DNA of 64,000 nucleotides from Anolis carolinensis. Its lineage: Eukaryota. Below, in pieces: positions 14,200 through 27,161 of this stretch (positions within the stretch are counted from its first letter, which is position 1; every line of letters starts with the position of its first letter). The stretch lies in the NCBI RefSeq assembly GCF_035594765.1, contig NC_085843.1, positions 220,759,971 to 220,823,970 on the forward strand. Direction: 5' to 3'. The notes beneath the pieces are model-generated. The model had not been told where the DNA came from, searched no databases, and saw nothing but the letters and a program-made list of their open reading frames with translations. The position numbers were made by a program, and so were the translations under genes.

Positions 14200-15030
14200 T
14201 AATCTTCATGTATATCCTGCCCCCCTCTCCACAAGGACTCGGGGCAGCTCACAACAGAATCAAGTCACAATACATACATAAGCAAAAACCAAAAAGACAA
14301 GGTACCATATTTAACCAATAATCATAAACCAAAATGTAAAAAATGATATCACAAAAAATAAATACATAGGTAAAAAAACTGTACTGGGTTTAAAAACATA
14401 TTGCACCACGGAGGCAAAACCAGTTAAAATCAATAGGTATTGGCAAGGCAAAAAGACCACCAAAATAATGAAAAGTAGTCAACCATTTTCGAAAGCCATC
14501 TTCCACATCCAGGTTTTTAGTTATTTCCTAAAGTTAGCTAGAGAAGGTGCCTGTCTGATTTCTTTAGGCCGGGGAGCCACCAAAGAGAAGGCCCTTTCTC
14601 TCGTTCCCACCAGCCATTCTTGTGATGGTAGTTGGACGTGAGAAGGGCCTCCCTGGAGGATCTTAAGTTGGTTCATAGGGGGAGACATTGTCACGCAAAT
14701 ACGCTGCACGAGAACAGTAGAGGGCTTTATGGGTGATAACCTGCACTTTGAGTTGGGGCTGGAAACTCACAGGCAGCCAGTGGAGCTACTTTAACAAGGG
14801 AGTACTATGCTCCCTGTAGTCAACTCCCGTTAGACATCAGGCTACTGCTCTGCTTTAATTGCAGTTTCTGAACCGTCTCCATAGGCAGTCCTACATAAAG
14901 TGTGTTGCAGTAATCCATCCGAGATGTAGTTAAGGGGTGGACCACTGTGGCCAGATAAGACTTTTTGACGTAGGGGCGCAGTTGCTGCATGAATTTTAAT
15001 TGCACGAAAGCCTTCCTAGCCACCATCAAA
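14200..15030 (-). mobile_element. L2 LINE 3' fragment, tail-to-tail with the 13505 copy
   Basis: VARKAFVQLK...TSRMDYCNTLYVGLP and an L2 3' tail. Confidence 0.85.
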
Positions 15031-15769
15031 TAATAATAATATTATTAACATTGTTAATTAATAAAACATAATTATTAATTATTATTAAATATTAATAATA
15101 ACACCGGAGCTTCAAGAGTCAGCACAGAATCCAATGGCTACGCTGATGCTTTTATGTCAGTGGTTCTCAACCTGGGGTCCCCTGATGTGTTTGGCCTACA
15201 ACTCCCAGCCAGTTTACCAACTGTTAGGATTTCTGGGAGTTGAAAGCCCAAAACATTTGGGGACCCCAGTTTAAGAACCACTGTTTAAGCCGCTTTGAGT
15301 CCCCTTCGGGGGAGATAAAACGGGGTATATATAAATATAAATAATTTGGGGTGCAGGAATGTAGCCAGCCAAAGCCAGGACAAAGAGGGGGGTTCTTTGC
15401 CGGTCTGGGTGGGCACAGAAAGCTCGCCGGCCAATCAAGGCGCCTTTGCCAAGCTCCACAGGGAACAGGCAGCGAATCAACCCAAAACAGCGCGACAGCC
15501 AGTCGGCCCAAACCCTGCCAAAGGGGGCAAGGGAAGGCTATGGGCCAAAAGGGGATCCCTTCGCATCCTCTGGTGCAGGCATGGGCAAACTTCGGCCCTC
15601 CGGGTGTTTGGGACTTCAACTCCCACCAGTCCTAACAGGTTCAAACCCTTTCCTTTTCCTCCCCAGCCGCCTAAGCGGAAAGGAAGGAAGGGGCCTGGGG
15701 CTGTTAGGAATGGTGGGAGCTGAAGTCCAAAACACCTGGAGAGAGGGCCCAAGTGTGCCCATGCCTGCC

Positions 15770-16360
15770 CCAAAGGCCACAGGAGCGGAGGCGGGCGGGC
15801 AAGGCAACCCTTTGACCGAGGCTGGGCTGCCTTCCAACCAGGGCGCCCTTCTGAAGGCCCGGCCAACCCTCCCGCCCGTGTTCACCTCCGGCAACGAAGG
15901 AGCGGAGCCAGTAGAAGTCCCTCCGTGCGGGCGACGAGGAGGGCAGACGGGCGCTGGGCCTCGGCGCCGTCGCCTCGCCGGCCATGGCGCCCTCTCTCCG
16001 AGGGAAACGGGCAGCGGGGCGACAGGGCTGGACTATGCCCACATGGCGCCGGGCATAGCCCTTCCTCCTTCCTTCCAGTGCCTCCCCTTAAGAGGCGGGG
16101 CGGGGAAAGCGAAGGCAGGCGGCGAGGCCTAATGCGCAGGGCGGAGCCTCGGTCCCTCACAAAGGGGCTCAGTTTGGCCATGGGACTTCATCTCCCAGAA
16201 TGCCTGGCCATTGGGCATCTGGCGAGGGCTTCTGGGAATCGGAGGCCCAAACCCCTGAGGGCTGTGCTGCGGGGAGGTGGGGCCTGCCTGCGCCTTGTGC
16301 CATCTCCTCACAGCGGTCAAGCTTATTCCTCCTCAGACCGGAGTCCCTCCGCCAATCCAC
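15770..16360 (-). promoter_or_regulatory. SLC25A16: CpG-rich promoter / first-exon region of SLC25A16
   Basis: High GC and CpG density around exon 1. GC boxes (gaggcggggcgggg ~16092-16105), an SBS/ZNF143-like motif at 16183-16204 and a CCAAT at ~16352. Confidence 0.8.
15886..15985 (-). CDS. SLC25A16: SLC25A16 (Graves disease carrier / mitochondrial CoA carrier) coding exon 1
   Basis: ATG at 15985 in a strong Kozak context (GGCGCCATGG). Encodes MAGEATAPRPSARLPSSSPARRDFYWLRSFVAG, matching the RRDFYWLRSFxAG hallmark. Phase-1 donor G|GTGAAC at 15885. Confidence 0.93.
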
Positions 16361-16657
16361 CCAAGAGAAATTAGCTAGGCCTGATGAGGAGTTTGGCCTC
16401 TTCCACACCGCTGAATAAAATCCCACATTTTCTGCTTTGAACTGGAATACATGCCAGTGTGGACTCAGATAACCCAGTTCAAAGCAGATATGGTGGGATT
16501 TTCTGCCTTCATATTCTGGGTTATATGGCTGTGTGGAAGGGCCCTGAATCTCACAGGGCTGCCGCTCTAGCAGGCAGCCTCACACTGCTGCTTTGAGCCT
16601 CCAGCTCCCGGAATTCCTGGCTATTGAACACTTTGGCGAGGGTTTTTGGGAGTCGGT

Positions 16658-16985
16658 GAGCCTGCGGTGGCGCAGCGGATTAAACCACAGAGCTGCTGGA
16701 CTTGTTGACCGAAAGGTCTACGATTCGAACCCTGGAAGTGGGGTGAGCTCCCCGTTAGCCCCAGCTTCTGCCAACCTAGCAGTTCGAAAACATACAAATG
16801 TGAGTAGATCAATAGGTACCGCTTCGGCGGGAAGGCAACGGCTCTCCATGCAATCATGCCAGCCACATGACCTTGGAGACGTCTACGGACAACGCCAGCT
16901 CTTCGGCTTAGAAATGTAGATGAGCACCAACCCCCAGAATCGGACACGACTAGACTTAATGTCAGGGGAAACCCTTTGCCTTTAC
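16658..16985 (+). mobile_element. Sauria SINE (full length)
   Basis: tRNA-like head (GGTGGCGCAGCGG...TTCGAA), conserved body (GTGAGTAGATCAATAGGTACC) and ACCTTT-type tail. Confidence 0.92.
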
Positions 16986-17104
16986 TATGGGGCCAAAACA
17001 GAACATTGAGACCAATGTCCAGGGGTCTGAACAGAAATCTCTCAGGACCACTTTCTGGGTTTGTCCCTCCAGGAAGGAATGGAGCCACCATTACAGAGAC
17101 ATGA

Positions 17105-17249
17105 TAAAGGTAAAGGTTTCCCCTGACGTTAAGTCCAGTCATGTCTGACTCTGGGGGTTGATGCTCATCTCCATTTCTAAGATGAAGAGCCGGCATTGTC
17201 CGTAGACATCTCCAAGGTCATGTGGCCGGCATGACTGCATGGAGCACCG
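17105..17249 (-). mobile_element. Sauria SINE 3' fragment
   Basis: Reverse complement of the tail half of the 16658 copy. Confidence 0.88.
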
Positions 17250-17274
17250 ATAGCCATGTATAAATATGTGAGGC

Positions 17275-17546
17275 AAGCCCGTAGCCAGGATTTTGTTTCA
17301 GGAGGGGCTGGGATTTTGGTTCGGGAGGGGGGGGCTGAGTCTGAGTGGGAGGGGATCTACCCTAGCAAACCTTTTGTATCATTATCCCAATACCCCCATG
17401 CATATGGGATATATTGAGCATGGTGATCAGATCATGATATGAATAAACATAACAGTTTAAATAATAAATGTAAGGCCTTCTCGCAGACCACCCTGAGAAT
17501 TTCGGGGGGGGGGGGCTGAAGCCCCTCAAGCCCCCCCCCCCCCACA
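17275..17546. mobile_element. Unclassified DNA-transposon-like remnant with poly-G/poly-C subtermini (related end at ~57335-57375)
   Basis: The ccgtagccagg terminus recurs as cctggctacgg at 57360-57370. Confidence 0.5.
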
Positions 17547-17609
17547 TGCCTGATGTGAGGGGAAGTCATAGGGAAGAGGGAGCAAGCTTGTTTTCTGTCA
17601 TGTCTCCTC

Positions 17610-18880
17610 TCAGCCTTCTCTTCTGCAGGCAAAACATGCCCAGCTCTTTAAGCCGCTCCTCATAGGGCTTGTTCTCCAGACCCTTGATCATTTTAGTCAC
17701 CCTCCTCTGGACACATTCCAGCTTGTCAACATCTCCCTTCAACTGCGGTGCCCAGAATTGGACACAGTATTTCAGGTCTGACCAAAGCAGAATAGAGGGT
17801 TAGCACGACTTCCCTGGATCTAGACATTAGACTCCTATTGATGCAGGCCAAAATCCCGTTGGCTTCTTTATCTGCCACATCACATTATTGGCTCATGGCT
17901 CATTGGATCATGTTTAACTTGTTGTCCATGGGGACTCCAAGGTCTGTCGAGCCAGGCATCCCCCATTCTGTATCTTTGCATTCCATTTTTCTGCCGAAGT
18001 GAAGTATCTTGCATTTGTCCCTGTTGAACTTCATTTTGTTAGTTTCGGCCCATCTCTCTAATCTGTTAAAATCGTTTTGAATTCTGCTTCTTTCTTCTGG
18101 AGTGTTAGCTATCCCTCCCAGTTTGGTGTCGTCTGCAAACTTGATGATCTAACCCTTCTAACCCTTCATCTAAGTCATTAATAAAGATATTGAACAGAAC
18201 TGGACCCAGGATGGAACCCTGCAGCACTTCACTTATCACTTCTTTCCAAGATGAAGAAGATGCATTGGTGAGCACGCTTTGGGTTCGTTCACTTAGCCAA
18301 TTACAGATCCACCTAACCGTAGTTTTGTCTAGTCCACGTTTTTTAGTTTGTTTGCCAGAAGGTCATGGGGGACTTTGTCAAAGGCCTTACTGAAATCCAG
18401 GTATGCTACATCCACGGCGTTCCCTGTATCAACCCAGCTTGTAACTCTATTGAAAAAAGAGATCTTATTAGTCTGGCATGACTTGTTTTTGGTAAATCTG
18501 TGTTGACTATTAGCTATGATCACATTTGTTTCTAAGTGTTTGCAGACCATGTTGCCTGGTATCAACGTGAGGCTGACCTGACGGTAATTGTTTGGGTTGT
18601 TCTTTTTTCCCTTCTTGAAGATAGGGACTACATTTGCCCTCCTCCAATCTGCTAGGACTTCTCCCGTTTTCCAAGAACTCTCAAAGATTATTGCCAGTGG
18701 TTCCGAAATAACTTCCGCTAGTTCCTTCAATACTCTTGGGTGTAGTTGATCTGGCCCTGGGGACTTGAATTCGTTTAGAGCGGCAAGGTGCTTCTGGACA
18801 ACTTGTTTCCCTGTTTGGGGTTGAATTTCCCCAAATCCTTTGTCCAGTCCATGTTGCTGAGGTTGAAGACGGCTTTCAGC
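17610..18880 (-). mobile_element. CR1 LINE ORF2 (RT) fragment, degenerate
   Basis: ORF 18329-18982 contains KSPGPDQLHPRVLKELAEVISEPLAIIFESSW...YLDFSKAFDKVPH. Confidence 0.93.
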
Positions 18881-18939
18881 CTCCAACTCCACAAATTCCT
18901 GGGCATTGGACAGGCTGGCTAGAATAGCCTTCCCCCGCA

Positions 18940-19440
18940 CACACCACAAAACAACACACTCATCTCTCCACACCACTGCCACATCAGTGCAAAACCACAG
19001 GGTTCACCATAGCTACAACTCTAGGATAAAAGCTATACTTCAGTCTGTTTGTCCTTGTCTTTGTCACCCTGTATTGTCTGCCAGATAGCAATAATTCAAA
19101 AAAGAATACACCAGATGAGATGGATCCCCAAGAATGCTCTGAGTTTTCTTAAGGCTGCGGGACTTATAAAGTTCTTCCAAAGAAGGGAGAGGGCAACCAA
19201 TTATTCTCTGTGCAGTAGCTGTAACCCTTTGGAGCGCCTTCCTATCTGCCACTGTGTAGCTACCAAATTTGCATAGATTCGGTATGTTAGGACATTATAG
19301 CATAGCAGTAGAAAGACAAGCAATTTTTCATTCAGTTGGTGGTTCCTTAGGAGTCTCGGATAGTAGAGTCTCTGCTGGAATCTCTTAGCCAACGCTGCTG
19401 TATGAATGCCCCATGTCAGATACTCCTTCGCAGCAGAGGG
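18940..19440 (-). mobile_element. Rex1/Babar LINE 3' fragment
   Basis: QQRLYY.RLLR...ADRKALQRVTATAQRIIGCPLPSLEELY; homologous to the 12490 copy. Confidence 0.8.
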
Positions 19441-19622
19441 CCACAGTTTTAAGGATGCCTGGATCTATACTGTGGAATGAATGCCATTTGACACAACGTT
19501 AATAGATATGGCTTAGGAATCCTGGGATTTGTAGTTTTACAAAGCCTTTCCCCTTCTCTACCAAAGAGTGCAGAATGCCTCACTGAACTGCAACTTCCAT
19601 AGCATTGAGCCTTGGCAGATAA

Positions 19623-19659
<37 letters not shown>

Positions 19660-19660
<1 letters not shown>

Positions 19661-19982
19661 AGTAGAGTCTCACTTATCCAACATAAACGGGCCGGCAGAA
19701 CGTTGGATAAGTGAATATGTTGGATAATAAGGAGGGATTCAGGAAAAGCCTATTAGACATCAAATTAGGTTATGATTTTACAAATTAAGCATCAAAACAT
19801 CATGTTATACAACAAATTTGACAGAAAAAATAGTTCAATACGCAGTAATGCTATGTAGTAATTACTGTATTTACGAATTTAGCACCAAAATATCACGATG
19901 TATTGAAAACATTGACTACAAAAATGCGTTGGATAATCCAGAACATTGGATAAGCGAGTGTTGGATAAGTGAGACTCTACTG
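19660..19982. mobile_element. Tc1/mariner-pogo MITE (second copy, reversed and SINE-interrupted, 41927-42754)
   Basis: TIR CAGTAGAGTCTCACTTATCCAAC with TA TSD. Confidence 0.9.
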
Positions 19983-20539
19983 TACTTTTATTTCTTACTC
20001 ACCTCTTGTCATGGTTCAAGACGGGTTGCAAAACAATTTAAACCCATAAACACTGCAAAAACATCAGAAATATTTATTTACTTATTTTATTTACTATACT
20101 TCTATCCTGCTCTATCTCATCCTGAAGGGGACACAGAGCGGGTTACATTATGGCAATATTCAATGCTGCATAAGCAAGCAAATATATAACACAACACTAT
20201 TACATTGGCAATAAAACAGAGAAAACATAAGTACAATAAATACAATTAAAACCATTAAAAACATGAGACCTAGTCCTAAAGCCATCATTCATGCTGCTAT
20301 ATCATGCTGATTCCATATTTCACTACTCCCCAAACGCTCAATTCCAAAGCCATATTTTTAGTTTTTCCTGAAAACCAGAAGGGAATGGGACAATCAAATA
20401 CCACTGAGAAGGGAGTGTCATAGCCAAGTGGCCACCACTGAGAAGGCCCTGTCTCTTGTCCCCACCAGTTGCGCTTGTGAAGAAGGTGGGACCGAGAGCA
20501 GGACCTCCCCAACAGATCTTAATGCTCTAACTCATCTGG

Positions 20540-21620
20540 AGTTTTGGAGTTTGATATCATCTGTACACAGATGATGTCCAACTCTACTACTCCTTTTCGC
20601 CAGATCCTAAGGAGGCTGTCCAGGTTGTGAACCGGTGCCTGGCTGCTGTGACGGTCTGGATGAGGGTGAACAAACTGAAATTTAATCCAAAAAAGATGGA
20701 GGTCCTCCTGGTCAGTCGTAAAGCCGAACAGGGTATAGGGTTGCTGTCTGTGCTGGATGGGGACACAGGTTCGCAGCTTGGGAGTCCTACTGGACTCATC
20801 ACTGAGCCTGGAACCTCAGGTTTTGGCAGTGGCTAGGGGGGTTTTGCACAACTAAAACTTGTGCACCAGTTGCGCCCATACCTTGGGAAGTCAGACTTGG
20901 CCACGGTGGTCCACACTCTCGGTACATCTAGGATAGACTACTACAACGTGCTCTACTTGGGGTTGCCTTTGAAGACTGTTAGGAAGCTTCAAATAGTTCA
21001 GTGAGAGGCAGCCAGGTTAATAACTGGGGCGGCATACAGGGAGCACACAACCATGTTGTGTGAGCTCCACTGGCTGCCAGTTAACTACTGAGCACAATTC
21101 AAAGTGCTGGCTTTGGCCTATAAAGCCCTAAATGGCCCCAGCCCAGTTTACCTGTCTGAATGCATCTTCCTCTATGAACCACAGCGGAGATTAAGATCTT
21201 CTGGGGAGGCCCTGCTCTTGGTCCCGCCACAGGCATGATTGCCAGGGACGAGAGACAGGGCCTTCTCCGTGATTGCCCTCCGACTATGGAACTCCCTCCC
21301 TGGCAAGATTACATCAGCCCCCTCCTTCCTGTTCTTCAGAAAGATGGTAAAGACCTGGCTGTGGGACCAGCCCTTTGGGGCAATGCAATGAGGCAATAAT
21401 AGGAAATTTCAACCTGCTGACTGGATACAGTGCAGCTGTCTTGCGATGGTTTTAAATAATGGGTTTAATGTGAAGATAACTGATTTTAATGTTTATGTAT
21501 AGTTATGGTTTATTTTATGCTCCGGCATTGAATATTTGCTGTATATATGTTGTGCTCCGCCCTGAGTCCCCTTTGGGGTGAGAAGGGCGGAATATAAACG
21601 TTTTAAATAAATAAATAACC
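20540..21620 (+). mobile_element. L2 LINE 3' fragment (a short inverted L2 piece at ~20080-20530 adjoins it)
   Basis: Degenerate YADD motif (tacacagatgat), NRCLAAVTVWMRVNKLK and a CCGCCCTGAGTCCCC...(TAAA)n tail. Confidence 0.9.
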
Positions 21621-22201
21621 GGTTCATAGGGAGAGATACATTACACATATTAAAACATACCTATGGGCCCAAAATCGGGGGATAATCTGAATTCTGGGCC
21701 AGAATCTGGAGTATCCCATGACTTTACATAGGTGGCCTTGCCCCTATGTTACCCCAGCAAGGTGGTGAGTGTAGATATGACTTCTGGAGTTGCAGCTACA
21801 CCAACCTCAGCTCCTTATTAATTACGATCTTACATTACATTAAATTTCAATTAAGGGTGCAATTACATTGTAGGATTAATTCAGTTTGACACCACTGTAA
21901 CTGCTATGGTTCAATACGACGGAATCATGGGGCTGGTAGCCTCCAAATTTTAACTGCTGGAATTCGTACGTTTTTATGTTGTAAGCCGCTTTAAATCTAC
22001 ATGCGAAAAAGGCAGGATATAAATATTATAAATAAATAAAAAATAAATAAATAGCTTTACAAGGTCTTTAAGCTTTTCTTCAAAAGAGTGATGGTGCTCC
22101 ACCAAAGGACGACTTCCAGGATTCCATAACATTGAGCAATAGCAGTTAAAGTAGTGTCAAACTGCAATAATCATACAGTGTAATTGCATTCATTAGGAGT
22201 A

Positions 22202-22533
22202 GTAAAAGGTAAAGGTTTTCCCCTGACGTTAAGTCCAATTGTGACTGACTCTGGGGGTTGGTGCTCATCTCCATTTCTAACCCGAACAGCTGCCGTTGTC
22301 CGTAGACATCTCCAAGGTCATGTGGCCGGCATAACTGCATGGAGTGTCGTTACCTTCCAGTCGGAGCAGTATCTATTGATCTATTCACATTTTGCATGTT
22401 TTCGAACTGTTAGGTTGGCAGAAGCTGAGGCTAACAGCGGGAGCTCACTCCGCTCCCCGGATTCTAACCGTTGACCTTTCGGTCAGCAAGTTAAGCAGGT
22501 CAGCAGGTTAACCTGCTCTGCCACCAGGGGCTT
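22202..22533 (-). mobile_element. Sauria SINE
   Basis: Full-length match to the other copies in reverse orientation. Confidence 0.92.
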
Positions 22534-23057
22534 GTGTGATTATATAGTAAGTCATAAGTAAGCACTGGAAAGCTTATTGAAACATTGTATATCACCCAAG
22601 TGAGGAACACGATGTAACCATATAATTTAGCATTCTTCAACCTGATGGCCTTCAGAAGACTAAACTTCCATCATTCCTAATCATTAATTAGAGGTTGATA
22701 GGAGTAGAAGTTGAAGGCATCAGTAAGTGGAATGTTGATACAGCACATCAAGTCCATGAGGTATATTTATATCAGCGACTTCAATTTATGTGGGTTTCTC
22801 ACTTTACTGTTTTGGTGTGCTGCTGAAAAAAAGTGTATAAGAATCTGTTACCATACTGGATCTCTCAGATCAAGGATGGAGAACATCCCATATGATGGGA
22901 CAGCAGTGCCCATCTTCCCTTTTCATTTGACATGTCAGCTAGTCATTAGACATGTCAGAGTCACAGTAATCTGAAGGTCACATATTTTCTTACTGTCGCA
23001 CCATTAAGATACAGATTCAGGTGTTACCAGTTACCAGTACTGCTTTTCCTCCTAACA

Positions 23058-23633
23058 CAGCATTTCTCAACCTTGGGATCAGGACTCCTGGGGGGGGGGG
23101 TTGCAAGGGGGTGTCAGAGGGGTCACCAAAGACCATCAGAAAACATTCACATTTGGACATTTTGAGTATTCGTGCCAAGATTGGTCCAGATCCATCATTT
23201 TTTGAGCTCTCTGGATGTAACTGAACTACAACTCCCAAAGTCAAGGTCAATGCCCACCAACCCCTTTCAGTATTTTCTTTTGGTCATGGGGGTTTTGTGT
23301 GCCAAGTTTGGTTCAATTCTATCATTGGTGGAGTTCAGAATGCTCTTTGATTATAGATGAACTATAAATTCCAGCAACTACAACTCCCAAATGAGAGAAT
23401 CAATCCCCCTCAACTCCACCAGTATTCAAATTTGGGCGTATGGGGTATTTGTGCTCAATTTGGTCCAATTAATGAAAATACATCCTGCACATCAGGTATA
23501 TACATTACGATTCATAATGATAGCAAAATTACAGTTATAAAGTAGCAACAAAAATAATTTTATCGTTGGTGGTCACCACAACATGAGAAACTGTATCAAG
23601 GGGTCACAGCATTAGGAAGGTTGAGAACCACTG
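23058..23633 (+). mobile_element. SPIN (hAT) non-autonomous element
   Basis: Perfect 8-bp TSD tcctaaca. TIRs CAG...TTCTCAACC / GGTTGAGAACCACTG. The 3' ~140 bp matches the SPIN/URR1 terminal sequence as recalled. Confidence 0.88.
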
Positions 23634-24476
23634 TCCTAACAGGATTGCTGTAAACATAAACACAGACAGATGGCATGTCCCCTCTTAAACCTCACACTTG
23701 AAAACTAAAAACTGTATACGTATATGTTGTTTTCATTATTTTTATTCTAACTGATCACTTTAGACTTAAAGGGCTATGTTTTGTTCCAAGGAAAATACAT
23801 TCATTTATGTCTTGTATGGGTACCTACATGTGTTGTTTGGCTCCAGCAAACATAAGAGTAAATCTCATGAACATGGCACCCTTAAGACTAGCCAGTGTTA
23901 CTTTGTATAAGCTTGGCTGCAAACTATGTTATCATATACTGTACATTGATTGTGGCCGCAGTTGACAGTTGAAGGAACACTCCGTGCATAGAATCATAGA
24001 ATTGTAGAGTTGGAAGAGACCTCACGGGCCATCCAGTCCAACCCCCTGCAAGAAGCAGGAAAATCTCATTCAAAGCACCCTCGACAGATGGCCATCCAGC
24101 CTCTGCGCAAGCAAGTAGCAGTCCACAAAATCATGTGCAAAATTAAAGTTGTTAACCTTTAAGATGCCACAAGACTTTTTACAATTGTTTAAAAAGTGTT
24201 CCAACCTTCATGATGTAGATTGTGATGAACAGAAAATAGCTTGCAGTTTGATTAGTATCTAGAGGTCCACTCAACACCTTTGGGTTGTCAGGATGCAGAT
24301 TTTAAAAAATGCTACATCATGGTTGCATCTACATGGAAGAATGAATACAGTTTGACACCACATTAACTGCCATGGCTCAATGCTATGGAATCCTGTGATT
24401 TGTAGTTTGGTGAAGCACCATCACTCTTTGGCAGAGAAGGCTAAAGACTTTCTAATACTGCAATGCTTATGAGTTA

Positions 24477-24698
24477 TCATAGAATAGTAGAGTTGGAAGA
24501 GACCTCATGGGCCATCCAGTCCAACCCCCTGCCAAGAAGCAGGAAATCACATTCATAGCACCCCCGACAGATGGCCATCCAGCCTCTGCTTAAAAGCCTC
24601 CAAAGAAGGAGCCTCCACCACACTCGGGGGAGAGAGTTCCACTGCCGAACAGCCCTCACAGTGAGGAAGTTCTTCCTAATGTTCAGGTGGAATCTCCT
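24477..24698 (-). mobile_element. CR1 3' end (others ~23988-24105, 37705-37820, 58768-58930, 61885-62068)
   Basis: (ATTCTATG)n tail and GAGGTCTCTTCCAACTCT 3' UTR. Confidence 0.85.
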
Positions 24699-25069
24699 GG
24701 AGTTCCTAGCATTGAGATATAGCAGTTAAAGTCGTGCCAACCTGCGTTAATTCCACAGTGCATATGCACCCTATGTTGGATTTGAACCATACTTCTTAAA
24801 GAAGACTGAATGCTGAGAATAATTTTACAGAGATTCATTATGTGTAAAGAAATCCTAAGTATGTGTTTTTGCCTTTCCTATGGAAAGTATAGTGGGTGGT
24901 AATTGGGTTCTAGTTGTTGAAAAAGTAACTCTTGAAAGACTACAGCTAGGAAACTTTTTTATTTAGATTGTTGTTACTGTGCGAGTCTGAAGGCAGAACC
25001 CTGAATTTTTTAAAAAAAATATTTTGCTGGGCCTAGTATTTAATATATTAAATAATTAAATATACTTGT

Positions 25070-25310
25070 ACAGTGGGTTCTTGGTATACCTGGGGTTTGG
25101 TGCCAGGACCTTTGTGGATACAAAATCTGTGGGTGCTCAAGTCCCATTATATACCAGGAGGTAGTAAAATGGTGTCCCTTCCATAAAATGGCCAAATCAA
25201 GGCTTGCTTTCTGGGATTTGGAGGGGGGAGGCAGGAAAGGGGGATCTTTTCAAGCCCGCGGATGGTTGAATCAGTGGAGACAGAATCCGTGGATGCGGAT
25301 GGCCGAAGTG
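25070..25310. mobile_element. Degenerate Tigger/MER2-like MITE (related remnant ~33597-33780)
   Basis: ta-CAGT start; repeated tccgtggat / atccatggat motifs. Confidence 0.5.
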
Positions 25311-26914
25311 TTCCCTTAAAGATACTCCTCCTTTCTCCCTTATTGTTGCCCTCAGGAAAGCTCTGTGGAGTAGGTTACCTAGAGAGGGAGAGGCGACTTA
25401 TTGGCCCAAGATCAGCTGCTGAGCTTCCAGGCTAAGTGGTGATTTGAATCTGAATCTATTGTTGATTTACTGGTTACCTTTCAATCCCAATTTTCCTTTA
25501 ATGAGCTCAAGGTGAAGAACATGGCTCGTCTTCCCTGTGAGGTAGGCCAAGGTGAGACTAGCTGACGATCACTTAGTGAGTTTAATGTCTTAGGCAGGAA
25601 TAGCCTCTGGTTATAGTCCGACACTGCGCTGCTGCTTTCAAAGTCCAACCCTCTAACCAGCATAGGATGCTAAGGGAAGAGCGTAGAGACAGAGGAGACA
25701 TAGCTATTTGATCGGTTGTCCTTAGAAAGACACGGAGGGGGCTTTTTAAGGACAATGGAGGGGTGATGATTGTAATTAAAATTGCGGGGAAGCTACAGAC
25801 ATCATAAAAGTCATAATTGACCCATTGCCATCATTGACTTACTAGCAAAATTAGCATAGGCTCCATCTGTTTGTATTTCTAGGAATGCTAATATGACTCT
25901 AAAGGTGTTTGATCCTGTCTGATCTTGGTTAGGATCTGAATGGGAGGCTGCCAACAAATACCACATGCTGCAGACTCTATTTCAGAGGCAGGATCTGGCA
26001 AAACCACCCCTGAGTTTCCCTTGCCTAAGAAAACCGTCTGAAATTAACAGGTCTGCCATAAATTGGCAGGCAACTCGAAGGCAGATACGCACACATATAT
26101 GATTATATATATGAATAAATGAACAGTAATTGAGAGTTTATAATAATAATAATTGAGAGTACTGTAATAGAGCCAGTGTGGTATAATGGTTTGAGCACTG
26201 GACCACAACTTCAGAGACGGGTTTAATTCTCTAATCGGATGTGAAAATCCATTGTGACCTTGGGTGAGTCACATACTCTCACTTCCAATTTACAGGGTTG
26301 CAGTACACAAGAGGCACACAACAACAAATGTTGTAGCTTATGGGGATTCTTTCAAAAGTCAATTTTCAAATGACACTGGCCCCATCTTCACTGACCATTT
26401 AATGCACGTTAAAGCTAGCTTTAAACTGCAGCAACTGGACATCATGCTCCCACAAAAGTATGCGGAAGAAAGCCTTGTATAGAAATACATTTTAATATTT
26501 GTATCTATAGTGTTTTTGCAATTTTATGTGTTTTGATGATTCCGTAACCCTCCTCGAGCCATGAGGAAAGGCAGGTAAGAAATAAAATTATTATTATTTA
26601 ACACACCTCATTAATAATAATAATAATAATAATTTTATTTCTTATCCACCTCTCCTTGTGGCTTGAGGCGGATTACAGAATAATTAAAATACAAAATTCC
26701 TTTATTCTTTTATGCGGGTCAAGAATAGGTCTCCACAGGCACCTATGTATCCACCGCCAATACACTACACTTGGAGGACCATCATCCCTGAGCTACAAGG
26801 GATCATCTAAGTAAGTAATCAACAAGTGGGCTACAGAATCAAAATAGAAATGAACAGGCACAGAAGCAGCAGAAATATACAATACCAGAAAAATAAAATA
26901 AACAATTATTTTAT

Positions 26915-27161
26915 TATGGACACAAAGACAGAGTATAATGCAGCAAATGAGATATAATGCTGGATTTCATATCACAGAATCACAAGTCGAACACTTCACA
27001 AACGTTTAGGACTGTGTGGTGTATTTTCGGATGATGTGCGCAGATCCCAATAAGGTGGCTTTTTGCAGTTGACAGATCATATTTTTGTCAATATTTACTG
27101 TTTTCAAATGCCGGCTAAGATCTTTTGGCATGACACCCAGTCCACCAATTACCACAGGGAC

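Noticed and set aside
15224-16426. Multiple ORFs around the SLC25A16 promoter, including an N-terminal extension from 16042
   Set aside because: GC-rich or MITE-derived. The 16042 start is GTG; only the ATG at 15985 fits the homologue.
16658-16745. tRNA genes at SINE heads
   Set aside because: A/B boxes are present but they are the heads of SINEs, with no complete cloverleaf.
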